Shown in pieces: positions 40,197 to 48,980 of a stretch of 64,000 bases of DNA (its first letter is position 1; every line of letters starts with the position of its first letter). The DNA lies in the NCBI GenBank assembly GCA_001794435.1, contig MGJU01000014.1, forward strand, positions 27,494 through 91,493, written 5' to 3'. The position numbers and the translations under genes were made by a program. The notes below the pieces were generated by a model that was given only the letters and a program-made list of their open reading frames with translations, was not told the DNA's origin and searched no databases. This stretch comes from Candidatus Yanofskybacteria bacterium RIFCSPHIGHO2_02_FULL_43_17. Lineage in GTDB: Bacteria > Patescibacteriota > Minisyncoccia > 2-02-FULL-40-12 > GWA2-44-9.

Positions 40197-40231
40197 AACA
40201 AAAACTGTCGCTTCAAGCGACAGTTTTTGTT
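40197..40231. terminator. Bidirectional terminator
   Basis: AACAAAAACTGTCGCTT-C-AAGCGACAGTTTTTGTT. Confidence 0.8.
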
Positions 40232-41516
40232 ATGCAGAGCAGTGGGATTCGATATACTCCAAAGCTTTCTCATTCACTATCCTTGACGCTATATTCTCTT
40301 TTATCTTTAGTGGATTGATGTCGGCTTGGCTGGTCTCACCGGCTATGATGGCCGACTGAATAGCCTGATCAGCCAACCCCTCGATTTCTTCTTGAGATGC
40401 TTTGATGCCAAGTTCCTTGGCCAACTTTCTTAGTATCAAGGATGTTTTAACCTGTTTTACAGCATCTTTGGTCCAGTCGTTTTTCAGTTCTTCCTGGGTC
40501 TTTCCTATTTTTGCCAAGTATAAACCGAGTTCCAGGCCTTTTCCGTGAAGAGTGTGATCAAAGTCAGAGACCATTATGTCGAGTTGTCTGTTGAGCAAGC
40601 TGTCGGGGACCTCTATTTTAGAACGGTCAATGATGTTATCCAAGATCTCCAGACGCAGTTTTTGGCTTTCTTTAGTTTTTTTCTCCTGAGTCAAGCCTTC
40701 TTTTAAGCTTTCTCTTAATTCCGTAAGGCTAGCGAAACGGCCCAAGGATCTGGCAAAATCATCGCTAATTTCCGGCCTTATAACTTTCTTGATATCACTC
40801 ACTTTAACATTGAAGTCCAAATTTTTACCGGCAATGTCTTTATGAAAATAGTCTTCAGGAGCGGTAAGAGAAAAGGACTTCTCATCCCCTCTCTTCATTC
40901 CCACCAACTGATCTTCAAACCCCGGGATGAAATTTCGGCCGCCTATTATAAGGGGGTGGCTCTTGCTTATGCCCCCTTCAATGATCTGACCGTCTTTCTT
41001 CACTTCAAAATCAACCTCGACCCTGTCTCCTTCTTCTGCTGTCTCGTTGTCGTCTTTGCTGATAAAGTTGGCCCTTGAGTTTTTGATAAATTCTATGGCA
41101 TCATCCACTTCTTTTTCTTCCACTGTTACGTCCTGCCTTTTTACTTTTATCTTGCTAAGATCGGTAAGTTCCACACCCGGAAACAAGTCTAGCAGTATCG
41201 AATACTTGAATTGGGCCGATTCGTTGCTTTCTATTGACAATTGGGATGTGTCAAGAACATCGAGAGAATTATCCTTGATAACATCAGACAAACTTTCTTC
41301 TACCGCTATTTCAAGGGCTAGTGTTCTTACCTGTTCTTGATCAAGATGTTTTTTAAGCAATTCTTTGGGAGCCTTTCCTTTTCTGAATCCCTTTACCTCA
41401 AGGTTGACGCCCAACGCACTCTCGGCTTTATTTAAGTATCTCTGGAGATCTTCCCGATCAAGTTCCACAGTCGCCTTGACTTGATTATTGTTCAGTTTCT
41501 TGAGGTTGTGTTTCAT
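40230..41516 (-). CDS. tig: Trigger factor
   Basis: VKGFRKGKAP signature, FKBP domain FIPGFEDQLVG. Confidence 0.93.
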   Translation of the reverse strand: MKHNLKKLNNNQVKATVELDREDLQRYLNKAESALGVNLEVKGFRKGKAPKELLKKHLDQEQVRTLALEIAVEESLSDVIKDNSLDVLDTSQLSIESNESAQFKYSILLDLFPGVELTDLSKIKVKRQDVTVEEKEVDDAIEFIKNSRANFISKDDNETAEEGDRVEVDFEVKKDGQIIEGGISKSHPLIIGGRNFIPGFEDQLVGMKRGDEKSFSLTAPEDYFHKDIAGKNLDFNVKVSDIKKVIRPEISDDFARSLGRFASLTELRESLKEGLTQEKKTKESQKLRLEILDNIIDRSKIEVPDSLLNRQLDIMVSDFDHTLHGKGLELGLYLAKIGKTQEELKNDWTKDAVKQVKTSLILRKLAKELGIKASQEEIEGLADQAIQSAIIAGETSQADINPLKIKENIASRIVNEKALEYIESHCSA

Positions 41517-42744
41517 TTTTTTCGGAAGTTTGATCAAAATCTACCGCCTCTCTGGGTGATCTGACATCGATCTTCCACCCGGTAAGTTTGGCCGCGAGAC
41601 GAACGTTTTGTCCCCTTTTGCCTATAGCCAACGAGAACTGATCATCGGATACTTCAACAAGAGCATGTTTTTTATCCTCATCCAAAACCTTAACATCCAG
41701 GATTTTTGCGGGAGAAAAAGAATTGGCTATAAACTCTGCTACCTTGTCGCTCCACAAGATTATGTCTATCTTTTCACCAGCTAGTTCGTTTATGACTGTC
41801 TGCACTCTGACGCCCTTCTGCCCGACAAGTGAGCCGATCGGATCAACCCCGTTTTCTTTTGAAGTTACCGCTATCTTTGTCCTAGATCCCGCTTCTCTGG
41901 CAATGGCCTTGACTTCAACTGCTCCACTGTCTATCTCCGGAACTTCCATCCCAAATAAGCCGTAAACTAGTCTAGGATGAGACCTCGATAATACCACTAC
42001 CGGGCCCCTGGGAGTTTCATCAACTTTCAATATCAAAAACCGCAACCGAGAACCTATCCTGTAGTTTTCTTCCGGAACTTGCTCTGCGACTGTAAGTATC
42101 CCATTCGTTTTTCCGATATCAATAAAGACGAGCGGTCCTTCTTTTCTTTGAACGATGCCGCTAATTATCTCGCCTTCCTTCTTTTTGAACTCTTCATAAA
42201 CAGCGCTTCTCTCGGCTTCCCTTAACCGCTGTATGACAACTTGTTTGGCTGTTTGAGCGGCAATGCGTCCGAATTCAGTATGGGTTTCCAGCTCGGTTAT
42301 AAGTTCATCGCCTACTTTTATCTTCTTGTTGATCTTTTTAGCATCGTCGAGAAGAATATGTTTTTCTGGGTTGAATTTTACTTTAAATTCTCCCTCCTCT
42401 TCTTTCTCGGTTTCTTCTTTTTCTGTAGTTCCTGTCTCTCTGCGTCGTGATCTTCCCTCCATATCGGCAAAATCAGATTTTTCTTCCATCAGCTTTAAGG
42501 GTAGCGGTCCCGTTATATTTTCCTCTTCGTCCACGCCCTCAACGACGTAATGAACTTGGGACACCTTTATATCTCCTGTTTCCGGATCAAGCTTGGCCCT
42601 CACTATCTGGCCCTTTTTGCCGTAATCTCTTTTATAGGCAGCCGCAATAGCCGCTTCAACGGTTTCTAAAACACTCCCTTCAGGTATGCCCTTTTCCTCG
42701 GCAATCTGCTTTATTGCCACTAAGAATTGTTTTACATCAAGCAT
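41485..42744 (-). CDS. nusA: Transcription termination factor NusA
   Basis: FGRIAAQTAKQV, AREAGSRTKIAV, SLAIGKRGQNVRLAAKLTGWKID. Confidence 0.96.
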   Translation of the reverse strand: MLDVKQFLVAIKQIAEEKGIPEGSVLETVEAAIAAAYKRDYGKKGQIVRAKLDPETGDIKVSQVHYVVEGVDEEENITGPLPLKLMEEKSDFADMEGRSRRRETGTTEKEETEKEEEGEFKVKFNPEKHILLDDAKKINKKIKVGDELITELETHTEFGRIAAQTAKQVVIQRLREAERSAVYEEFKKKEGEIISGIVQRKEGPLVFIDIGKTNGILTVAEQVPEENYRIGSRLRFLILKVDETPRGPVVVLSRSHPRLVYGLFGMEVPEIDSGAVEVKAIAREAGSRTKIAVTSKENGVDPIGSLVGQKGVRVQTVINELAGEKIDIILWSDKVAEFIANSFSPAKILDVKVLDEDKKHALVEVSDDQFSLAIGKRGQNVRLAAKLTGWKIDVRSPREAVDFDQTSEKNETQPQETEQ

Positions 42745-42918
42745 GCTGGCTTACAACTTACGACTTACAACCTACAACTTTTTGTTGTTGGTAATTAGTA
42801 GTTGGTCGTTGATTAAAGAAGAAGCCCGCCACTCAGCGGACTTATCAGTATGTTTAAATGATATCAAATTTTTAAAAAAGCGTCAACCCCTCGTCTCTTA
42901 TCCACAAATTTTACTTTA

Positions 42919-42989
42919 CCCCGCTCTTGAAAAGAGTTAGAAGAGATTAGTTTTGTAAACAAGGGTTTAATAACTTTTCAAGGACGGGG
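42919..42989. repeat. TIR element with TTTA duplication
   Basis: TTTA|CCCCGCTCTTGAAAAG ... CTTTTCAAGGACGGGG|TTTA. Confidence 0.75.
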
Positions 42990-43140
42990 TTTACAAAAAG
43001 GTTGGTCAGTTAGAGTCCTGTTTATAGTCTTGGTTATAAGAAATGTTAAAGTTTAGTTATGCTGAGTAGTAGATTTTTCGGCTACGGCTTAGCGGTAACC
43101 AAGTCAGATTATTTTTTAACTGCAAAAATCACTATCTAGT

Positions 43141-44814
43141 ATGCCTGAAGACAAATCAACAAAAAAAGAGGAGGAGCTGGAGAAAAAACTCTTAGATATG
43201 AGAGGGCGGGCGGAAGAAGACAAATATAAAGCTCTTGCCCAACAGTTGAACCTTCCCTACTCCAATCTTATATCAATTCCCATCGATACTGATGCGCTAT
43301 CTTTATTAAGCGAAGAAGAAGCTCGCTCAGCCAGTATCGCCCCAATATTCCAAAAGGACTCAAAAATCATTGTAGTAACAGTGGACCCTACCAACCCCGT
43401 GACTCAAAAGGTTATTTCCAGACTGAAAGAGAACAGCGAGGTTGATGTGATTTTGACAAATCCTCGATCCCTTCAAAACATTCTGAAAAGGTACCGGGAC
43501 ATAAAAAAGGCGGATGTTTTTGAGGTCGGAGCAATAGAAATACGAGAGAAAGAGTTAGACCGGCTTGAAGGTGAGATAAAAAACATCTCAGATATAAAAG
43601 AGCGAATGAAAAAAATGTCCGCCACAAGCCTGTTAGAAATGATCGTGGCTGGAGCCTTAAAAACAGAGGCATCGGATATACACCTGGAACCCGAATCGGA
43701 CAAGATCCGGCTGAGATACCGACTCGACGGTCTTTTGCATGACATAGCCTCTTTAGATGAACCGTCTTATGAGAAGGTGTTGAATAGAATAAAGGTTTTG
43801 TCGAAAATCAAACTTAATATTCACAACACCCCCCAAGATGGACGATTTACCATACGTCTGAAAACCGTATCTATAGAGGTGAGGGTGTCGGTCTTACCAA
43901 GCGAATTCGGCGAAACCGTCGTAATACGGCTTCTTGATCCAAGAACAATTAAAAGAAGCCTCGAAGAGCTGGGGATGAGAGACGACTTGCTAAATAAGGT
44001 TAAGGAAGTCCTGAAAAAACCGACGGGAGCCATCTTTACGACCGGTCCAACCGGTTCCGGTAAAACAACGATGCTATATGCTTTCGTCAGCTACCTTAAC
44101 TCACCCGAAACCAAAATAGTAACAATAGAGGATCCGATAGAATACCACATCGAGGGTATATCCCAGACCCAAGTTGACACCCATAAAGGATATACTTTTG
44201 CCAACGGCTTAAGGGCCATCGTTAGACAAGACCCTGACATTATCCTTGTAGGAGAGATAAGGGATGCCGAAACGGCCAATATCGCTTTACAATCCGCCCT
44301 TACGGGGCACTTAGTACTGTCAACTATCCACACAAATGACGCCGCCGGCACCATTCCCCGCTTGATAGATCTCGACATAAGGCCTCAAATAATAGCCCCT
44401 GCCATAAATGTGGCGATGGCCCAGCGCCTAGTCAGAAAATTGTGTCCCAACTGCAAGAAAATGGAAAAGATCGAGACAGAAGACTTGAAAAAAATAAAAG
44501 CACTATTAGAACCATTGTCGAAATTTCGAAATATCGATATGTCAAAATATCCGAAGCTAGACGCCAGTTTGGAGATAGGCACCCCTGGAAAATGCACAGA
44601 ATGCAATGATTCGGGCTACAAAGGGCGTATCGGTGTCTTTGAAGCGTTTGAGATGTCGCGGGAAATGGAGAAATTAATATTGAGATCGCCGGCAATGTCG
44701 GAGGTAAGGGATCTAGCTATAACCGAGGGCATGGTAACAATGCTGCAAGATGCGTACATCAAGCTGATCAACGGAGTAACATCGATGGAAGAAATAGACA
44801 GAGTGTTAGGATAG
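43141..44814 (+). CDS. Type IV pilus assembly ATPase (PilB/GspE family)
   Basis: ASDIHLEP, PQDGRF, TGPTGSGKTT, TIEDPIE, RQDPD...GEIRD, CxxC...CxxC, GYKGR. Confidence 0.93.
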   Translation: MPEDKSTKKEEELEKKLLDMRGRAEEDKYKALAQQLNLPYSNLISIPIDTDALSLLSEEEARSASIAPIFQKDSKIIVVTVDPTNPVTQKVISRLKENSEVDVILTNPRSLQNILKRYRDIKKADVFEVGAIEIREKELDRLEGEIKNISDIKERMKKMSATSLLEMIVAGALKTEASDIHLEPESDKIRLRYRLDGLLHDIASLDEPSYEKVLNRIKVLSKIKLNIHNTPQDGRFTIRLKTVSIEVRVSVLPSEFGETVVIRLLDPRTIKRSLEELGMRDDLLNKVKEVLKKPTGAIFTTGPTGSGKTTMLYAFVSYLNSPETKIVTIEDPIEYHIEGISQTQVDTHKGYTFANGLRAIVRQDPDIILVGEIRDAETANIALQSALTGHLVLSTIHTNDAAGTIPRLIDLDIRPQIIAPAINVAMAQRLVRKLCPNCKKMEKIETEDLKKIKALLEPLSKFRNIDMSKYPKLDASLEIGTPGKCTECNDSGYKGRIGVFEAFEMSREMEKLILRSPAMSEVRDLAITEGMVTMLQDAYIKLINGVTSMEEIDRVLG

Positions 44815-44864
44815 CCACTAGCCAATAGCGATTAGCCACCCCGCCAGGGCGGGGTCGCTAATTA

Positions 44865-45036
44865 GAAGAACCCTTATAATCTGTAGGCAAAACCCGAGCC
44901 ATAAAAACACGGGGGCAGGATAATTCCGAGGAGTAAGCCAGTCGAAACCAACTTATCCAAACTAAGATAGCATCCCGGTTGGACCTACGTATTAAAATAC
45001 TCAATCCAATTGCCTACAGATTATAATGGTTCTTTA
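44865..45036 (-). ncRNA. Candidate ncRNA with 24-bp closing stem (6S-like size)
   Basis: Arms 44867-44890 and 45010-45033 are complementary with one mismatch. Minus-strand TTGACA-N17-TAAAAT at 45071-45043. Confidence 0.5.
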
Positions 45037-45071
45037 CGCTATATTTTAAGTTAAAAAATAGCGAATGTCAA

Positions 45072-45193
45072 CCCCGCCCTTGAAATAGGGTGGCCCCAGC
45101 AATAATCAAAATTATCGCAATAAATTACAAATTCTATGGAAGCAGATAACAAACACGACAATCATTCTTCAAATACCGCTCTCAAGGACGGGG
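45072..45193. repeat. 122-bp TIR element (TTGA type, minus orientation) overlapping the ruvB start
   Basis: TCAA|CCCCGCCCTTGA ... TCAAGGACGGGG|TCAA. Confidence 0.75.
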
Positions 45194-46284
45194 TCAATCA
45201 CTCAAACTTAACCCCCAAAGCCGCTATGGACGACCAGGTCCTGGACAATGCACTCCGGCCCAAGACATTTGGCGAATATGTCGGGCAGGACAAGATTAAG
45301 GAAAATCTGAGAATAGTCATCGGGGCGGCGAAGAAAAGACGGGAACCCGTGGAACACCTGCTGTTTCATGGCCCTTCCGGGCTTGGAAAGACAACTCTCG
45401 CTTATTTGGTGGCAAAAGAACTGGGAGCTGACATCAGGATAACTTCGGGCACAGCCCTTGAAAAAGCCGGAGATGTCGGTTCAATCCTGACCGGCCTTAA
45501 TGACGGCGATGTTATCTTTATCGACGAGGTGCATCGCCTTAACAAAGCCGTTGAGGAAGTGATATATCCGGCTATGGAGAACTTCAAGCTGGATATAGTC
45601 ATTGGAAAAGGCAATTCCGCAAAGACACTACAAATAGATCTTCCTCGTTTCACTCTTATTGCCGCCACAACTAAAATCTCAATGCTTTCAGCCCCCTTTA
45701 GATCAAGGTTTGGGGTTAATTTCCGGCTCGACTTCTACAACCAAGAGGACATCGAAGAAATCATATCAAGGTCAGCACATCTGCTTGGCGTAGATATCAA
45801 AAAAGAAGCCGTCAAAGAGGTAGCTCTTGCTTCAAGATTCACGCCCAGAGTTGCAAATCGTCTTCTGAAGAGAGTCCGTGACTTCAGCCAAATGAATCCA
45901 GTTAGAGGTAAGACGCCCCTCAAAGAGGGGTCGTCTGCCGACCACGCCATTGCGGCGGGTCGGACCTCTAACGGGATGAATGACACTTATATCACTGCTG
46001 AAACCGCCAAAAGTGCTTTAAAAATGCTTGAGATAGACGACAAAGGACTCGAGGAAACAGACAGAAAAATTCTGTTAGCCATAATCAACAACTTCGATGG
46101 CGGTCCTGCCGGTCTCAAATCTATTGCTGCATCTATTTCAGAAGAAGAAAGTACAATAGAAGATGTTTACGAACCGTACTTGATGCAGATGGGATTTCTC
46201 GCAAGAACTCCGAAAGGAAGGATTGTCACCTCCCGAGGATTTGAGCACTTAGGACTAAAAAACAATAAACCGAAGTTGTTATGA
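45136..46284 (+). CDS. ruvB: Holliday junction branch migration helicase RuvB
   Basis: LRPKTFGEYVGQ, GPSGLGKTTLA, FIDEVHRL, TPRVANRLLKRVRD, EDVYEPYL, RTPKGR. Confidence 0.96.
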   Translation: MEADNKHDNHSSNTALKDGVNHSNLTPKAAMDDQVLDNALRPKTFGEYVGQDKIKENLRIVIGAAKKRREPVEHLLFHGPSGLGKTTLAYLVAKELGADIRITSGTALEKAGDVGSILTGLNDGDVIFIDEVHRLNKAVEEVIYPAMENFKLDIVIGKGNSAKTLQIDLPRFTLIAATTKISMLSAPFRSRFGVNFRLDFYNQEDIEEIISRSAHLLGVDIKKEAVKEVALASRFTPRVANRLLKRVRDFSQMNPVRGKTPLKEGSSADHAIAAGRTSNGMNDTYITAETAKSALKMLEIDDKGLEETDRKILLAIINNFDGGPAGLKSIAASISEEESTIEDVYEPYLMQMGFLARTPKGRIVTSRGFEHLGLKNNKPKLL

Positions 46285-46784
46285 GTGGCCATAGTCGCTG
46301 GTCGCAAATAAAACACAAAAAATCGTTAACTGACCAAAAACGGGGTCAGATATTTTCTAAGCTTTCAAAAAACATAACTCTTGCCGCTCGCAAAGGCACT
46401 GACCCGAAAAACAATATTGTTCTTCAAAACGCCATTGAACAAGCGCGGCGGGAAAATATGCCGAATGATAATATTGAACGAGCTATTAAAAAAGCGTCGG
46501 AAAAAGACGGCGCGCAATTGGAAGAGATAATGGTAGAAGCAATTGGGCCCGCGGGAGTCGCTTTGAGAATAAAGGGGGTTACCGACAACAAAAACCGCAC
46601 CATCTCGGAAATTAAGAAAATCCTTTCAACTCACGAAGCAAAAATGATCCAACCCGGAAGTATCGGCTGGATGTTCAACACTTCAGTCCAAGTTAGTGAC
46701 CAGACGCAGCAGAATCTTGCTAAATTATTCGGCGTACTAAATGACAATCCTGATGTTATTGATATAATTTCAAATTTGAACTGA
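46281..46784 (+). CDS. YebC/PmpR family protein (short)
   Basis: MSGHSRWSQIKHKK, NMPNDNIERAI, TDNKNRT. Confidence 0.9.
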   Translation: MSGHSRWSQIKHKKSLTDQKRGQIFSKLSKNITLAARKGTDPKNNIVLQNAIEQARRENMPNDNIERAIKKASEKDGAQLEEIMVEAIGPAGVALRIKGVTDNKNRTISEIKKILSTHEAKMIQPGSIGWMFNTSVQVSDQTQQNLAKLFGVLNDNPDVIDIISNLN

Positions 46785-46831
46785 AACTAAATTACTTCAT
46801 TACGTATTTCGCATTACGCATTAAATCAAAC

Positions 46832-46866
46832 TAATCCGTAATCCGTAATCCGTAATCCGTAATCCG
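46832..46866. repeat. Tandem heptamer (TAATCCG)x5
   Basis: Five exact copies just before the ruvC start, with an inverted degenerate arm at 46791-46822. Confidence 0.85.
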
Positions 46867-46870
46867 TTAA

Positions 46871-47338
46871 TTGATTACACTAGGTATTGACCCAGGCACA
46901 ACTCGTATCGGCTATGGCGTAGTGCGACAAGATAAGAATCGTTTTGTTTGTGTTGACTATGGAATTTTAAAAGTTGGCAGTGATAAATTTACCGGATTTA
47001 AAGAAGCATCTCGAGAGTTGAAGAAACTTATCACAAAATATAAGCCTGATCAGGCGGGCATTGAAAAGCTCTTCTTTTTCAAAAATCATAAGACCGTGAT
47101 GGCTGTAAGCGAGATGCGCGGAGTATTGCTTCTTACGCTTGCCGAAAATAACATCCCTATTCAGGAATTCACCCCTCTTCAGGTAAAACAGAGCATAAGC
47201 GCTCATGGCCGCGCGGAGAAAGCCCAAATGCAAAGAATAGTCCAGTTGCTGTTGGGTCTAAAAGAGCCAATAAAGCCGGATGATGCCGCTGACGCTCTGG
47301 CTATTGCAATTTGTTGTACAAATAATAGAATGTTTTAA
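46871..47338 (+). CDS. ruvC: Crossover junction endodeoxyribonuclease RuvC
   Basis: LGIDPG, IEKLFF, TPLQVK, DDAADALA. Confidence 0.95.
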   Translation: MITLGIDPGTTRIGYGVVRQDKNRFVCVDYGILKVGSDKFTGFKEASRELKKLITKYKPDQAGIEKLFFFKNHKTVMAVSEMRGVLLLTLAENNIPIQEFTPLQVKQSISAHGRAEKAQMQRIVQLLLGLKEPIKPDDAADALAIAICCTNNRMF

Positions 47339-47384
47339 GTTTTAAATTTGGTCGAAAACAAACATAATACAAACCGCAAACAAT

Positions 47385-47540
47385 ATGTCTATGAATGAAG
47401 GAATTGTTTATTTTGACGAGGCAGACGAAGTTGTCGCAAACGACGACGCGAAAGACCTCGAAGATGACGAATTAGAGGATGACGAGAACGACGAAGATGA
47501 AAAAGACGAAGAAGATGACAGCGAAGAAGAAACCGTCTAG
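47385..47540 (+). CDS. Small highly acidic protein (51 aa)
   Basis: MSMNEGIVYFDEADEVV...DDSEEETV, 28 of 51 residues are D/E, terminator follows. Confidence 0.55.
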   Translation: MSMNEGIVYFDEADEVVANDDAKDLEDDELEDDENDEDEKDEEDDSEEETV

Positions 47541-47566
47541 TAAAATAAAACGCCCTGCAGGGCGTT

Positions 47567-48901
47567 TTATTTTACTCTTACGAATTTCTTAGGACCTATC
47601 TGAAGCACATCGCCTTTGTTAGTTTGTCTGTCCCATTCTTTAACCACTTCGTCATTAATTCGAACTGCCCCTTGGTCTATCAACCTCTTGGCTTGAGTTG
47701 AACTGACTCCGCCGCTTGCCTCAACTACATCAACCAGCCTGCCTCCTTCAACTTCTTCCATCTCGCTGGGCAACTCACCCCTGGAAAACACCCTATCCCA
47801 TTCTTGCCAAGCCTTCACGGCTTCCTTCTCGTCATAATACATCCTGACGAGTTCAGAAGCGAGTTCTTTTTTAAAATCATACGGTTCGCTTCTTTTTTTG
47901 TCTTCTATCCACTCTGTGGGTTTTTCGGTACAAAGACGAAATACTAATTCTATCATTTCGTCCGGTACGGTTTTCATTGTTTTGCCGAACATGTCTTGAG
48001 GAGAATCAGACAAGGATATCAGTCCCCCTTCCGTCTTGCTCATTTTTTTGCCTGATTCAGCGTTCACCAACAATTTGGTGGCAAAAACCAATTTGTCCTT
48101 GTTCAATAGTTTCTTTTCCAAGTCCCTGCCAACTAACATATTGAATGTCTGGTCGTTCCCTCCAACTTCTCCATCTATCTTCATAGCCACAGAGTCATAG
48201 CCCTGCATTAACGGGTAAAGGAATTCGTTGAGTCCTATTGGTCTTAGCTCAGTTTCTGAAAAGATAGCCTTCTTTTCAAGAGGAACAATCTGACCACAAT
48301 GCGAGCACTTAGTTGAGTTGTCTTGCATCATGGCGGTATCATAAGCTTCCTGTGTACCGAATTGGATTTGTGAATGTGAAACTTTTTTACAATTTGGACA
48401 TTTCCACTTCCAAAGACGCCTCTGAAACATCTCTCTCTGGAGCATCTGCTGAACCGTGACGTGGCTCGCCAGTTCCACTAAATCCTGGAACGACATTTTA
48501 GAAAGCCATGAACCATTATATTTAACTTCAAAAGAACCCTTGGGTAGAATCTTATAAACCTGCCCGAGATAATTTATCATATTATTTTTTACTTCCTTTT
48601 CGGTAAGAGATTTGCGAGCTGTTTCTTTACCAGTAGGATCCCCTATTCTGGCGGTAAAGTCGCCTATTAACAAAACTGGCTTGTGACCTAATTCTAAAAG
48701 CTGTTTTAAAAACAATAACGGTATTGTGTGGCCAAGATGAAGGTGGGGGCCGGTAGGGTCTATTCCAAGATACACCCTTAATTCTTTGCCCTCCTTGAAC
48801 CTTTTCTCCGCTTCCTCTTTGGACGGAAAAACCGCCTCGATCCGGCGAGTTAACAACTCTTCTATTTTTTGTTCGTCTGTGACTGTTTTACTTCCAAACA
48901 T
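47567..48901 (-). CDS. tyrS: Tyrosine--tRNA ligase with zinc-ribbon insertion
   Basis: GIDPTGPHLHLGH, IGDPTG, YPLMQGYD, GGNDQ, KMSKT, C-terminal S4-like domain. Confidence 0.95.
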   Translation of the reverse strand: MFGSKTVTDEQKIEELLTRRIEAVFPSKEEAEKRFKEGKELRVYLGIDPTGPHLHLGHTIPLLFLKQLLELGHKPVLLIGDFTARIGDPTGKETARKSLTEKEVKNNMINYLGQVYKILPKGSFEVKYNGSWLSKMSFQDLVELASHVTVQQMLQREMFQRRLWKWKCPNCKKVSHSQIQFGTQEAYDTAMMQDNSTKCSHCGQIVPLEKKAIFSETELRPIGLNEFLYPLMQGYDSVAMKIDGEVGGNDQTFNMLVGRDLEKKLLNKDKLVFATKLLVNAESGKKMSKTEGGLISLSDSPQDMFGKTMKTVPDEMIELVFRLCTEKPTEWIEDKKRSEPYDFKKELASELVRMYYDEKEAVKAWQEWDRVFSRGELPSEMEEVEGGRLVDVVEASGGVSSTQAKRLIDQGAVRINDEVVKEWDRQTNKGDVLQIGPKKFVRVK

Positions 48902-48980
48902 ATTCTAAATAATACCACAAAACAATCATCTTGAAAGTGCTGGATTTTTGAGGTCTTTCATGGTATTGTAAAGCATCTAA

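Noticed and set aside
42898-42906. Perfect DnaA box TTATCCACA as a second origin
   Set aside because: A single box about 10 kb from dnaA with no cluster. At most a regulatory site.
45892-48420. Inteins in RuvB or TyrRS
   Set aside because: The inserts are 28 and about 55 aa and lack the N-terminal Cys/Ser and C-terminal His-Asn splice motifs.
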